Shown: positions 49,693 through 60,576 of the stretch, in pieces | How the letters are laid out: each line of letters opens with the position of its first letter | Numbering within the stretch: the stretch's first letter is position 1 | NCBI RefSeq assembly: GCF_947500765.1 | Contig: NZ_CANMTH010000011.1 | Location: forward strand, 14,968 to 78,967 | Direction of reading: 5' to 3' | DNA from: an uncultured Formosa sp. | GTDB lineage: Bacteria > Bacteroidota > Bacteroidia > Flavobacteriales > Flavobacteriaceae | DNA: 64,000 bases | Position numbers and translations under genes: made by a program | The notes under the pieces: generated by a model | What the model was told of the DNA's origin: nothing | What the model saw: the letters and a program-made list of their open reading frames with translations, nothing else | Databases searched by the model: none

Positions 49693-50646
49693 CTAAAATA
49701 AGCTTTTAATGATTTTTTCTTCGGAAACACCTTCGGCTTCCGCCTTGTAGTTTTTAATAATACGATGTCTAAGAATACCGAATGCAACGGCTTGAACATC
49801 TTCAATATCTGGAGAAAATTTGCCACGTATAACAGCATGCGTTTTTGCTGCTAAAATTAAATTTTGTGAGGCTCTTGGCCCAGCGCCCCAATCGAGGTAA
49901 TTCTTAACAATATCTGGAGCAGATTCAGAATTTGGTCGTGTTTTCCCCACCATAGTTACTGCATATTCAATAACATTGTCGGCTACGGGTACACGACGAA
50001 TTAATTTTTGAAAATTGACTATTTCTTCAGCATTAAATAATGGAGTTATTGAAACGACACGATCTGTAGTTGTTGCTTTAACTACCGCTACTTCTTCCTG
50101 AAATGTTGGATAGTCTAAATGAATGGCAAACATAAAGCGGTCTAATTGCGCTTCTGGCAAAGGGTAAGTCCCTTCTTGTTCTATAGGGTTTTGCGTTGCT
50201 AACACAAAATAAGGCAAACTTAATTTATAATGTTGGCCAGCAACAGTAACTGAGCGTTCTTGCATGGCTTCCAATAATGCGGCTTGCGTTTTTGGAGGTG
50301 TTCTATTAATTTCATCAGCTAAAATAATATTCGAAAAAATTGGTCCTTTAATAAATTTAAAGTTTCTACTTTCGTCTAGTATTTCACTACCTAAAATATC
50401 GCTAGGCATTAAATCTGGTGTAAACTGTATCCGTTTAAAATCTAATCCCAAAGCTTGAGAAATTGCATTTACCATTAAGGTTTTTGCTAAACCAGGCACA
50501 CCAATTAATAAGGCATGACCCCCTGAAAACACAGAAATTAAAATCTGCTCTACCACTAAATCCTGACCAATTATAATTTTGGAAATTTCGGTTTTTAGCG
50601 CTCCAAATTTCTTAACAAATTGTTCTACGGCAGCAACGTCTGACAT
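49693..50646 (-). CDS. MoxR family AAA+ ATPase
   Basis: GVPGLAKT, IQFTPDLMPSD, DEINR, ATQNPIE, EAQLDRF, GAGPRA; start at MSDVAAVE. Confidence 0.93.
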   Translation of the reverse strand: MSDVAAVEQFVKKFGALKTEISKIIIGQDLVVEQILISVFSGGHALLIGVPGLAKTLMVNAISQALGLDFKRIQFTPDLMPSDILGSEILDESRNFKFIKGPIFSNIILADEINRTPPKTQAALLEAMQERSVTVAGQHYKLSLPYFVLATQNPIEQEGTYPLPEAQLDRFMFAIHLDYPTFQEEVAVVKATTTDRVVSITPLFNAEEIVNFQKLIRRVPVADNVIEYAVTMVGKTRPNSESAPDIVKNYLDWGAGPRASQNLILAAKTHAVIRGKFSPDIEDVQAVAFGILRHRIIKNYKAEAEGVSEEKIIKSLF

Positions 50647-50648
50647 CT

Positions 50649-52118
50649 TTATTTTTTTAACCAATTACTTGCAAATTCACAATTTCTATAATCTCCGTTA
50701 ATTTTAATATATGTATCAGAAATTGTTTCTTTTTGCCATTTTTCAACAGCTTTTAAACGTTTATCACCTAAAGCTAAATCTTTAATTTTAAGATAATCTT
50801 GAGCATAGTTTGCTTCGTGCTCATCTACACGATCTGAAACTGTAAGAATTTTAAATTTTATTTTCCCTGTACGGTCTTGATCTTTTAATATCGTACTAAT
50901 TTCGTTATCTTTTAAATTTTGAATTTGTCCGTATAATTCTGGATCCATTTTAGTTAATTCAAAATTGTAATCTTGAGTCGATGGATTAATTAATTGTCCG
51001 CCATCGTATTTTGTTTCTTTTTCGTCACTATACTTAATAGCGGCTTCTGCAAAAGTAATTTCTCCGCTTTCTAATTCGGCTCTTGCTTTTTCTATTTTTT
51101 CTTTGGCTTTAGCAATTTCTTCATCAGACACTTTAGGCATCAATAATATATGACGAACATCGTATTCTTGCCCTCTAATTTTTTCTAAGTAAATAATATG
51201 GTATCCATATTCTGTAGCAAATGGTTCAGAAATCTCACCTTCTTTTAAAGAAAAAGCGACTTGTCTGAATTCTTTCACCATTTTAGGACGCTTACGGTTT
51301 AACGTATATAAACCTCCATTTGCACGAGAAGCTCCATCGTCGGTATATAATACCACTTTAGAACGGAAACTTGCACCATTTTCAAGAACATCTGCACGCA
51401 TTTCTTTTAAACGTTCTATGACTTTATCTTTTTCTTCTTGAGTTACTTGTGGTTCTACAACTATTTGAGCTACTCTTAATTCGGTTCCGAAGGTAGGACG
51501 CTCATCTTTTGGTACATTATTAAAAAATACACGAACTTCTTCTGGAGTTACTTCTACATCTTCAACAATCTTTTGTTGCATTTCCTGCGCTAGCTTCTGA
51601 CTCTTGTTTACTTCAAACATTTCATCTCTTAAGCTTTTTTCATCTTCTTTGTTATATAATTTTAACAACGCATCCATAGAACCGTTAGTTTGTTGTAAAA
51701 ACGATTGAATTTGTTGATCTACATACGACTGTATCTCAATATCCGAAACGATTATACTATCTTGTACCGCTTGATGCGCATATAATTTATCTTCAAGTAG
51801 CTTTCCAAACAACTCACAATCTGTAAAATCTGCTGTACTTACACCTTGAGCTTGTAATTGCAATTTTGTTTTGACAACATCAGATTCTAAAACAATATAT
51901 TCTCCAATTACTGCTGCAACTCCATCTATTTTTTTTGCTCCAGGAGAGACTAAAGAATCTTTTACCATTTTAGGCTCTTCTACGACTTCTTTTGTTTCTG
52001 GAACTTCGTCTGGGATAATTTCTTGTGCAAACATGCCATTTGCACTTAAGATTAAGCTAAAAAGTAAAGCTTGTTTGAGGTTAATTATAGATTTCAAATT
52101 GTTTGTTCTTAATTGCAT
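50649..52118 (-). CDS. surA: SurA-like peptidyl-prolyl isomerase/chaperone
   Basis: IDGVAAVIG SurA N-domain and two parvulin domains (GYHIIYLE, VRHILL). Confidence 0.75.
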   Translation of the reverse strand: MQLRTNNLKSIINLKQALLFSLILSANGMFAQEIIPDEVPETKEVVEEPKMVKDSLVSPGAKKIDGVAAVIGEYIVLESDVVKTKLQLQAQGVSTADFTDCELFGKLLEDKLYAHQAVQDSIIVSDIEIQSYVDQQIQSFLQQTNGSMDALLKLYNKEDEKSLRDEMFEVNKSQKLAQEMQQKIVEDVEVTPEEVRVFFNNVPKDERPTFGTELRVAQIVVEPQVTQEEKDKVIERLKEMRADVLENGASFRSKVVLYTDDGASRANGGLYTLNRKRPKMVKEFRQVAFSLKEGEISEPFATEYGYHIIYLEKIRGQEYDVRHILLMPKVSDEEIAKAKEKIEKARAELESGEITFAEAAIKYSDEKETKYDGGQLINPSTQDYNFELTKMDPELYGQIQNLKDNEISTILKDQDRTGKIKFKILTVSDRVDEHEANYAQDYLKIKDLALGDKRLKAVEKWQKETISDTYIKINGDYRNCEFASNWLKK

Positions 52119-52932
52119 CTTTTGTAATATCTTTTTCTAAATCTCTAATGAGTTCTAATTTTCTCTTATTAATCACGATTTGATCGATGGTAGGCTTAAC
52201 GTACTCTAGTGGTGCCGTGCTACCACGCAATAAAATGTCATTAACGCGCATCAAATATACTCCTAAAGAATCTTTGAGCTGTATAAAATTAGATTTTTTT
52301 AACAGTTGGTCTTTATTTTCAAGTGAAACTACAGGAATTTTACTTATAACTTGACTCATTTTTACCCAAATAGAATCGTTTAAAGCATAAGATTTAAATT
52401 GAATAGAAATAGAATCTAATTCTCTCTTATCTTCTTGATTAAATCGCTGAAACTTGGTTTGTATATCTTTAAAATCTAACCTGTTTTCATCGACATTTAT
52501 ATATCTAAACTTGATTAAATCTTCGTTTAATTTAAAAGCTTCTGTATTTGCTTTATAATAGCGTTCTGCTTCTTCAATTGAAACTACAGTATCGACACTA
52601 CGTTTTACCAAAGCTTCTAAATATGCTTTAGAGTATAAATCTCTTTTATACTGATTGACTAAACGCTGAAAATCTTCTAACTTTGTTTCGTTTAAATTTC
52701 GTTTGGCTCCTTCTACTAATAACTCTTGCGTTGCCCAACGTGTAATAAAATTTTGAACCACAAGCGTACTGTCGTCCTTGGATGCCCCTTCGTTTACCAA
52801 ATCTTTTATATCTTCTTGATACAAATACGTTTCGTTAACACGAGCCACAGGAATACGCTCATCTTCTGTTTTAAAAAGCTGACACGAGGTTACACTTAGT
52901 AACACTAATATTAAAAATATTCTGTTTTTCAA
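52081..52932 (-). CDS. PPIase-associated lipoprotein
   Basis: Lipobox VTSC, VARVNETYLY; member of the three-gene PPIase operon. Confidence 0.7.
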   Translation of the reverse strand: MKNRIFLILVLLSVTSCQLFKTEDERIPVARVNETYLYQEDIKDLVNEGASKDDSTLVVQNFITRWATQELLVEGAKRNLNETKLEDFQRLVNQYKRDLYSKAYLEALVKRSVDTVVSIEEAERYYKANTEAFKLNEDLIKFRYINVDENRLDFKDIQTKFQRFNQEDKRELDSISIQFKSYALNDSIWVKMSQVISKIPVVSLENKDQLLKKSNFIQLKDSLGVYLMRVNDILLRGSTAPLEYVKPTIDQIVINKRKLELIRDLEKDITKDAIKNKQFEIYN

Positions 52933-54888
52933 TTATTGATTATTAATTTGATTTCTTATTTTAGTCAACACACTTTCATTAATAGATACAGTATATTTAG
53001 CATGTAAATCTTGTAACCAAAGGTCTTCTTTATTGGCTTGAAAATCGCTAATAACACTACCTTTTGCTTCGTCGAAAGATTTGAGTGTTTTTGGAAGTAT
53101 GTTATTAACTTTGGCTACTATATAACCATCATTAAATTCGTAAATATCTGAAAGTCCTTTTTTATATTCAAAATCTGCAGGAAGACTTTGATTATTTTCT
53201 TCTAAAACTCCGGTAGTAAACATAACGTGAATTTCGTCTTTCACATTAAGTTTTGCTTTAATGTCTTCTAAAGGTACATTCTTTTTTAATAGTTTAGCTA
53301 CTTTTTTAATGTCCTTTCTAGTTACAGAAGCTCCTACAATAGCATCTATTCTTTTGTTCCAAAAATAATTTTCTCTATGTGCTTCGTAATAGTTTTGTAC
53401 CGCTACAGTATCTTTTTGGCCTGCATTCCAGATTTCATTTTCCATTAAATCAAATAACAATAAACCATCTCTATACTCTCCTATTATTTCTGCAAATTCA
53501 GGATTCTCTTCTTCTAAATGAGCTTCTTGATAGGCTTTAAGTTCTAGATCTAAGAACGTTTCATAATTAATTTCTACGATTTTATTCAAACTAAATTTTT
53601 CAGAAAACATAGCTTGACGTTTTTCTATAAAATTACCAAAATCTTTATACGTAAGCGTTTTAGAACCTATGGTTAATAACGTTTTATCGGCCGTAAATTT
53701 AGAAGGCAATTCCCATGTACGTTCATAGTATTTTTTATTCAAAATCTTAACAAAATAAGATAATGCAGGCTGGTCGTCTGAAATATTATAGCGTTTTTTT
53801 AAATCATGAATTCGGCTTTCATTAATACGTTTAGACCTACTATCTAATTTAACTTTCTCTTCCAATTCCGATTTCATATCTGCAAATTCTGGCACAGGCT
53901 TACGGTCTAATAGTTTAACTATATGCCAACCAAAATTTGTTTTAAACGGTTTAGAAACATCTCCAACTAAAACTAAATTAAAAGCTTCTTCTTCAAATTC
54001 GTTAGAAGACAGTTGTCCCTTAGAGAAAGGAGCTAACTCTCCGCCCTTATTGGCCGAGCTTAGATCTTCAGAAAACTGTTTTGCTAAACTCTCAAAACTT
54101 TCACCTTGATTCAGTTTTTTATAAATATCATTAATTCTTGCTTCTGGATTAGAAATAGTATCTCCTTCTTTATTTTTAGCTACCATAATATGTGCCACCT
54201 TTACGGTACCACGAGCAGGACGTTTATCTAAAACTTGTACAACATGATACCCAAAACGTGTTCTAAAAGGTTGAGAAACATCTCCAACCTGGGTCTTGTA
54301 AGCTGCATTTTCAAAACTATATACCATTTTAAAAGCAGAGAAATACCCTAAATCTTCTGCAAAAATAGATTTTCCATCATGCACATCTTTTTTAACCTTA
54401 TCGAACCCTTCACTTATTAGACGGTTTCTTAGTTTCACGATTTCCATATATGCAGCTAATGTATCTTTTGGAGATGCATTTTCGTCTAATCTAACTAAAA
54501 TATGTCTTGCTCTTACTTCAGTTTTAGTGCGCTTATAAGCTTCTTCTACCAATTCCTCTGTAACGGTATTATCTGTTAGATAATTTTGCGATAATTGATT
54601 TCTGTAGGATTTTAATTCTCTTCGATAAGCCCCTTTTTCATCTAACTTTAAAGATTTTGCTTCAGCTAATTTTAATTTATAATTAATGAATAACTGTAGA
54701 TAGGCATCTACATCTTTTTGAGATTCGTCTTTTACTAAATCTAAATTCTTGTTATAAACTCTAACAAATTCTGATGCATATACTGGAGTTTCGTCCACTT
54801 TAAAAAGAATATCTTCTGAAGCAATTTGTGCTGTACTTATGTATGAAACAGTAAGTAACAGCAACAACAAAACGGATTTCAATTTCAT
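52933..54888 (-). CDS. Peptidyl-prolyl cis-trans isomerase with two parvulin domains
   Basis: VRARHIL, FRTRFGYHVV, VKVAHIM, SEDLSSANKGGEL, FGWHIVK. Confidence 0.9.
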   Translation of the reverse strand: MKLKSVLLLLLLTVSYISTAQIASEDILFKVDETPVYASEFVRVYNKNLDLVKDESQKDVDAYLQLFINYKLKLAEAKSLKLDEKGAYRRELKSYRNQLSQNYLTDNTVTEELVEEAYKRTKTEVRARHILVRLDENASPKDTLAAYMEIVKLRNRLISEGFDKVKKDVHDGKSIFAEDLGYFSAFKMVYSFENAAYKTQVGDVSQPFRTRFGYHVVQVLDKRPARGTVKVAHIMVAKNKEGDTISNPEARINDIYKKLNQGESFESLAKQFSEDLSSANKGGELAPFSKGQLSSNEFEEEAFNLVLVGDVSKPFKTNFGWHIVKLLDRKPVPEFADMKSELEEKVKLDSRSKRINESRIHDLKKRYNISDDQPALSYFVKILNKKYYERTWELPSKFTADKTLLTIGSKTLTYKDFGNFIEKRQAMFSEKFSLNKIVEINYETFLDLELKAYQEAHLEEENPEFAEIIGEYRDGLLLFDLMENEIWNAGQKDTVAVQNYYEAHRENYFWNKRIDAIVGASVTRKDIKKVAKLLKKNVPLEDIKAKLNVKDEIHVMFTTGVLEENNQSLPADFEYKKGLSDIYEFNDGYIVAKVNNILPKTLKSFDEAKGSVISDFQANKEDLWLQDLHAKYTVSINESVLTKIRNQINNQ

Positions 54889-55171
54889 TATTTATAATTT
54901 AATTGTAAACAAAAATAGTAATATAAAACTATAATACAAGTTGCTTTAACAAACGCAGCTCTAACAGCTTTAGTATTTTTATTCGGATTTGATTTATAAA
55001 AAAACATATATCGTATTTCAATATTTTATTGTTTTAATTAAGCGTTATCAATTTTACATTAAGTAATTAAAAAACAGTACTTTGATATATTATTTTTAAA
55101 ACGACAAACAATATATAGTAAGTGTTTACAATCTGATAAAGTAATTTGTATTTTTGTTAAAACTTTAACAC

Positions 55172-55405
55172 ATGCGACAATTAAAACTGATTTGGGATTT
55201 TCGAGGTCCACATGCCTTAAAAACAGCCGAACATCATGAAATTCATTTAAAAGAATATATAGAGAACGAACATTTAGATATTACTATAACTGGAAATTCT
55301 GAGCTAAGTGAAATGCATGCTATTGCCTTTTTAGTTGTTAATGAGTCGGATATGAAACCTTTACGCGATGCATTAAAGCCACATCGCGGAGAAGTTTATC
55401 TATAA
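55172..55405 (+). CDS. Small conserved hypothetical protein
   Basis: Clean intergenic 77-aa ORF (LIWDFRGP..AEHHEIHL) preceded by a promoter-like TATTTTTG. Confidence 0.7.
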   Translation: MRQLKLIWDFRGPHALKTAEHHEIHLKEYIENEHLDITITGNSELSEMHAIAFLVVNESDMKPLRDALKPHRGEVYL

Positions 55406-55473
55406 ATATCATAAAATTTTATCATTATAATTACGATATTTTCACCCATAAACTGTGAGGTTTTAAACTACAT

Positions 55474-56541
55474 TTGCAAATCGAATTTTTTAAGTGCCCA
55501 TATGCTATGTTAAACGATAGACGAACAACTAATTTTCTCCTACTTATTATAGTTATTCCATTAGTATTTTATTTACTAAAAATATTATCATTTATTTTTG
55601 TCCCGCTTATTTTTTCAATGTTCATCGCATTACTATTTTTACCCATAATGAGATGGTTAACAAAACGAAAATTGCCTAATGCTCTGAGCATCGTTATTAT
55701 TGTTCTTATTATTTTAGTGTTTTTTAAATTGGCAGGCGATTTAATACAATTATCTAGTAAAGAAATTCTATCGACTAGTGATGCTTTTATTTTTAAAGCT
55801 GAACAAAAAATAAAACTTTTAATTTCGAGTTTGGAAAGCTTTTTTGGTACCGAATTACTTAATGATGACATTAGTATTTCTACCCAACTATTAGATAAAG
55901 ACACCCTTTTAAGCAATTTTGGACCAACTGTAAACTTTATACGCACCACGTTAACAATGGTGTTAATGACTGCTTTTTTTGTGGTCTTATGGTTAGCAGA
56001 ATCTATAAATGTTCACAAGCTATTAAACAACACTATTTTAAGACAAAAACATACGTCTGTTAAAACCTTTATGAAAATTGAAAAGGATTTAATAAAATTT
56101 ATAAAAGTAAAAGTGTTTGTTAGTCTATTAACAGGAATTGGTACAGGTTTAGCGTGTTATGCCTTCGATGTTAGTTTTCCTATTTTCTGGGGATTATTTG
56201 CTTTTATTATAAACTTTATACAAATGGTAGGCTCTTTTGCTACAGTAATCCTTTTATCTATTTTTGCTTTTGTTGAAATAGAAGTAGCGAGTACTTTAAT
56301 TTTCTTTATACTAAGTATTACGGGTGTTCAGGTATTATTTGGAGCTATTTTAGAACCTGTTTTTATGGGAAAATCTTTCTCTATAAACATTATAACCGTA
56401 TTAGTAATGCTAATGTTATGGGGATTTATTTGGGGCATTCCAGGCTTAATTATGGCTATTCCAATTACTGTATTTGTTAAAATTATATTAGAACAATTTC
56501 CTAGCACTAAACTTATTGCTAGTATTTTATCTAAGGGCTAA
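55474..56541 (+). CDS. AI-2E family transporter
   Basis: Multi-TM; FWGLFAFIINFIQMVGS, ILEPVFMG, WGFIWGIPGLIMAIP. Confidence 0.9.
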   Translation: MQIEFFKCPYAMLNDRRTTNFLLLIIVIPLVFYLLKILSFIFVPLIFSMFIALLFLPIMRWLTKRKLPNALSIVIIVLIILVFFKLAGDLIQLSSKEILSTSDAFIFKAEQKIKLLISSLESFFGTELLNDDISISTQLLDKDTLLSNFGPTVNFIRTTLTMVLMTAFFVVLWLAESINVHKLLNNTILRQKHTSVKTFMKIEKDLIKFIKVKVFVSLLTGIGTGLACYAFDVSFPIFWGLFAFIINFIQMVGSFATVILLSIFAFVEIEVASTLIFFILSITGVQVLFGAILEPVFMGKSFSINIITVLVMLMLWGFIWGIPGLIMAIPITVFVKIILEQFPSTKLIASILSKG

Positions 56542-56723
56542 TTAAGTTATGTCTTAAAGCTTATTCTGTATTTATTTCCAAACTTTTAAATACAAGGTTA
56601 AAAAAAAGCCTGAGCAAGCAGATTCAATATTAAAATACAGACCTAAAAAAGCTCCTATTAAAACATAAATTCGTTCTAACAGGAGCTTTATATAATAAGA
56701 AAGAAAGTAATTAACTCTTCCGT

Positions 56724-58196
56724 CTATCTTGAATAATTTGGAGATTCTTTAGTGATGGTTACATCGTGTGGGTGACTTTCGTTAATTCCACTAGCTGTAA
56801 TTTTCACGAAACGTCCTGTTTCTTTTAATGTCTCTATATCTTTAGATCCGCAATATCCCATACCTGCACGTAAACCTCCTACAAACTGATGGATACTTTC
56901 TTCTAAATCGCCTTTATAATCTACGCGACCTACAATACCTTCTGGGACTAATTTTTTAATATCGTCTTCTATATCTTGGAAATAACGGTCTTTACTACCT
57001 TCTTTCATCGCTTCAACAGATCCCATACCTCGGTAAGACTTAAACTTTCTTCCTTCAAAAATAATAGTTTCTCCTGGAGACTCTTTAGTCCCCGCTAATA
57101 AAGATCCTAACATTACAGTATCTGCACCTGCTGCAATAGCTTTAGGAATATCTCCTGTATATCGAATTCCACCATCTGCAATCACAGGAACACCGCTACC
57201 TTTAATAGCTGCGGCAACTTCTAATACTGCAGAAAACTGAGGAAAACCAACTCCTGCAACAACTCGTGTTGTACAAATAGATCCTGGACCAATACCCACT
57301 TTTACTGCATCTGCTCCTGCTTCTACTAGATATTTAGCTGCAGCTGCTGTTGCAATATTACCAACAACAACATCTAAATATGGAAATTTAGCTTTTACTG
57401 CTTTTAATACATTTACTACACCTTTAGTATGTCCGTGAGCCGTATCAATAATTATAGCATCAATACCTGCATTATATAACGCTTCGGCACGTTCTACAGC
57501 ATCGGCAGTCACTCCTATGGCAGCAGCTACACGTAAACGTCCGTAAGAATCTTTATTAGCTATTGGCTTCTGTGTAAGTTTTGTAATATCTCTAAATGTA
57601 ATTAACCCAATTAAATTATAATCGGCATCAACTACGGGTAGTTTTTCAATTTTCTTTTCTTGTAAAATAACTTCAGCATCTTTTAAAGATGTTCCTTCTG
57701 CTGCAGTTACTAAATTCTCGGAAGTCATAATTTCAACAATAGCACGATCATTTTCATGTTCGAAACGTAAATCTCTATTGGTAACAATTCCTTTTAATTT
57801 CCCTTCATCATCTACAATGGGAATTCCGCCAATGCTATGTTCTTTCATGCAATTTTTAGCATCGCTAACTTTAGCCGTTAAAGGCAAGGTTACCGGATCG
57901 ATAATCATACCGCTTTCTGCACGTTTAACTTTACGTACTTCTTGAGCTTGCTGCTTTATCGACATGTTTTTATGCAACACACCAATACCTCCTTCTCTAG
58001 CCATAGCAATAGCCATCGCACTTTCTGTAACGGTATCCATAGCCGCAGAAATAATCGGTACGTTAATTGTAATGTTTCGTGTAAATTTTGTTTGAATATT
58101 TACCTCTCTTGGTAAGATTTCGGAAAATGCTGGAACTAATAAAACGTCGTCGTAGGTTAGTCCTTCTCCTAGAATTTTGTTTTCGTGTGCTGTCAT
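56724..58196 (-). CDS. guaB: IMP dehydrogenase
   Basis: [12 protein letters not shown] pair, [24 protein letters not shown]. Confidence 0.98.
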   Translation of the reverse strand: MTAHENKILGEGLTYDDVLLVPAFSEILPREVNIQTKFTRNITINVPIISAAMDTVTESAMAIAMAREGGIGVLHKNMSIKQQAQEVRKVKRAESGMIIDPVTLPLTAKVSDAKNCMKEHSIGGIPIVDDEGKLKGIVTNRDLRFEHENDRAIVEIMTSENLVTAAEGTSLKDAEVILQEKKIEKLPVVDADYNLIGLITFRDITKLTQKPIANKDSYGRLRVAAAIGVTADAVERAEALYNAGIDAIIIDTAHGHTKGVVNVLKAVKAKFPYLDVVVGNIATAAAAKYLVEAGADAVKVGIGPGSICTTRVVAGVGFPQFSAVLEVAAAIKGSGVPVIADGGIRYTGDIPKAIAAGADTVMLGSLLAGTKESPGETIIFEGRKFKSYRGMGSVEAMKEGSKDRYFQDIEDDIKKLVPEGIVGRVDYKGDLEESIHQFVGGLRAGMGYCGSKDIETLKETGRFVKITASGINESHPHDVTITKESPNYSR

Positions 58197-58268
58197 GGTG
58201 CAATTAAGATATAATTGCGTGCAAATATACTATTTTTAATAGTAAATAAGAAGTGAATTTACGTAATT

Positions 58269-58970
58269 TTAATTAGACCATTTGCAATATGGTAAAAGCA
58301 CATTTACAGCATAATAATATCTATCATCTGGATTTTTTAAATTTCCTATAAATGTTAAGCCTTTAGGTACAAAAAAACGGTAAACTCCTTTTCCTTTAGC
58401 TATTTGAGAAATCTGATTTAAACTTTCAGTATCGATATTTTGATAGACAGTTTCTACCCATTCGTACTGTTCGCGATAAAGCATTTTTAAATCCCAAATT
58501 TCTGCTGTTGTATTTTTAAGGGGTTTGGCTGCCAAAAACAGGTCTTTTAAATAGTAAAACGAATTATTAAAAACCACTTCACTACCATAATTAGTATTCT
58601 GAATAGTCGTTTTTTTTACAACGTATTTATAGGGAAATATGTTTATTACATTTAATTTTTCGGAAACAAAAGAGGCCATTTTTACCCAATAAATCTCATT
58701 CCCTTTTTTGTCTAATTCGTGTTGAAGCCAAATATAGAACCCCAAACGTTGCTCTACCGAAGTATACTGATTCGGGTACATATACAGTAAATTAAAACGG
58801 TTTGCCTGTTGCCATACTATAGAATTTTGTTTTCTATCTTTAGTAAACCAATCTCCACGAGGTAGCGTTTCCAACTTGGTTTCTTTTTTGTACACTGTTA
58901 AATTTTTCCATTCTTTAGCGAAAACAACGTTCAAACTTAAAAACAAAACAAGGAAAAAAAATAATTTCAT
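58269..58970 (-). CDS. Exported hypothetical protein, possibly DUF2515-like
   Basis: Signal peptide; QRLGFYIW, YWVKMASFVSEKL, LYREQ..VETVYQ motifs. Confidence 0.45.
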   Translation of the reverse strand: MKLFFFLVLFLSLNVVFAKEWKNLTVYKKETKLETLPRGDWFTKDRKQNSIVWQQANRFNLLYMYPNQYTSVEQRLGFYIWLQHELDKKGNEIYWVKMASFVSEKLNVINIFPYKYVVKKTTIQNTNYGSEVVFNNSFYYLKDLFLAAKPLKNTTAEIWDLKMLYREQYEWVETVYQNIDTESLNQISQIAKGKGVYRFFVPKGLTFIGNLKNPDDRYYYAVNVLLPYCKWSN

Positions 58971-59005
58971 AATTAAGATTGTTAAACGACGTAATTAATT
59001 AAGCC

Positions 59006-60367
59006 TTATAAACCTTGTATTTTATCTTGAAAAGGCAATATCCAATTTTTATGTCTATAAGATTGTTTTTGCTGTAATAAATTTACTTCTGGATCTACGT
59101 ATGTTGCACTCGGCCTACCATTTAAAGACACACAACTTTCGGCATAAACCTCTACATTATCATGCCCTTTTGTATTAAAATGACGTCCTAAAAAATGCGC
59201 ATATTCTAAAATAAAATCAGGCTGGAAACTCATTTGTTTCTCTTGACTAGGAGTTAAAAAATCGGCATTATTAATATTAAAATGCTCTCCTGTTTTAGAA
59301 TCTACAACAAAAAAAGTTGTAGTACCCGACCTTTCTATAAGCGATGTTCGCCAAGAAAACAAATACCCCTCTCCGGTCCAAAACAATTCTCCAGGATATA
59401 ACATATACCGCAGCGGAAACAGTAATTGAAACATAAAGAACAATCCCACAATAAAAATAGGGAAAGGTGTTCTATATTGATAATCTTTTGTCATTTTTAA
59501 TGCAGATGAAAATTTTAATCCATTCTGTATAGGAGACAAAAATGCTCTTAAAATTAATAGTGCTTTTTGGTGCCATTCTAAAGAGAAGAAAATAGGCGCA
59601 CAAATAATTAGTATTAAAGGCAACATACCTAAAGGAAACAACGCTTGCGAAAACAGCTGATTAAAAACAAGTAAGCAAAAGGCAAAAAACCGCGTGCGTT
59701 TATAAAGCAATAGGAAAGGAATTGTTAAATCAAAAATCATAAAACTCCAACTTACGCTATAATGAAACCAACTTGATTGTAATATAGGCTCTCCTATAAA
59801 AGGGATATTTTTACTTGACGTTAACCATAATTCTAAAGGCATAGCACGTAATAACCAATCTGAATTAAGTTTTGCTAAACCAGAATATAAGAAAACGATA
59901 AAAAACATTAATTTCACACTATCTAAGCACCATTTTGGAATGGTACGATATGCGCGTCTTGAACGTAACGAATCTATTGAAAAGGCTGCATTTGCAGGCA
60001 AGAAAATCATTAAAAAGCTCAGTACCATAATAAAATAAGAAGACGATTGGTACACTGTTTTATCCATGAATTGAATATATGTGAAACTTAAAAAAAAAGT
60101 CACTATTGCAATTCTATATTTAAATCCAAAAGCCACAAAAACAGAAGACAAACCACACAAAGCAAACAAAGCATATGTATAAATACCAAATGGTTTTATC
60201 CATTCGAAAGCGTAAAATGTAAAATGAAATTTAGGTTCTACATACAGAGATTCTATCCAACCTTTCTGCCAAAAACTTATTAAACTAGCACACATTAACA
60301 AACCAAAACAGACTCTAAACACTACTAGTGGCGCTGGATTAGTTGTTTTTATGAAGTAGTTATTCAT
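59006..60367 (-). CDS. HTTM-domain protein (vitamin K-dependent gamma-carboxylase-like)
   Basis: PAPLVVFRVCFG, KFHFTF, GLAKLNSDWL, WTGEGYLFSWR, QMSFQPDFILEYAHFL. Confidence 0.88.
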   Translation of the reverse strand: MNNYFIKTTNPAPLVVFRVCFGLLMCASLISFWQKGWIESLYVEPKFHFTFYAFEWIKPFGIYTYALFALCGLSSVFVAFGFKYRIAIVTFFLSFTYIQFMDKTVYQSSSYFIMVLSFLMIFLPANAAFSIDSLRSRRAYRTIPKWCLDSVKLMFFIVFLYSGLAKLNSDWLLRAMPLELWLTSSKNIPFIGEPILQSSWFHYSVSWSFMIFDLTIPFLLLYKRTRFFAFCLLVFNQLFSQALFPLGMLPLILIICAPIFFSLEWHQKALLILRAFLSPIQNGLKFSSALKMTKDYQYRTPFPIFIVGLFFMFQLLFPLRYMLYPGELFWTGEGYLFSWRTSLIERSGTTTFFVVDSKTGEHFNINNADFLTPSQEKQMSFQPDFILEYAHFLGRHFNTKGHDNVEVYAESCVSLNGRPSATYVDPEVNLLQQKQSYRHKNWILPFQDKIQGL

Positions 60368-60576
60368 ATATTAAATAAGATTTAAAACGTTTATTAATGT
60401 GCTTAACGAAGCCAGAAACATAAAATAAATCCTATTCGTTAAATAATTAGTAACTTCAAATAAAACGTTATGTTATTTAAAGCATTAAAAAATCCACATA
60501 AACACAAATTTCTAAATATTATTTAGGATATATAAGTAAAATACCAATTAATTACAAAATTATCTTCAATGAAATT

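Noticed and set aside
58269-58970. Insecticidal-toxin label sometimes attached to similar proteins
   Set aside because: 233 aa with no Tc, RHS or SpvB features
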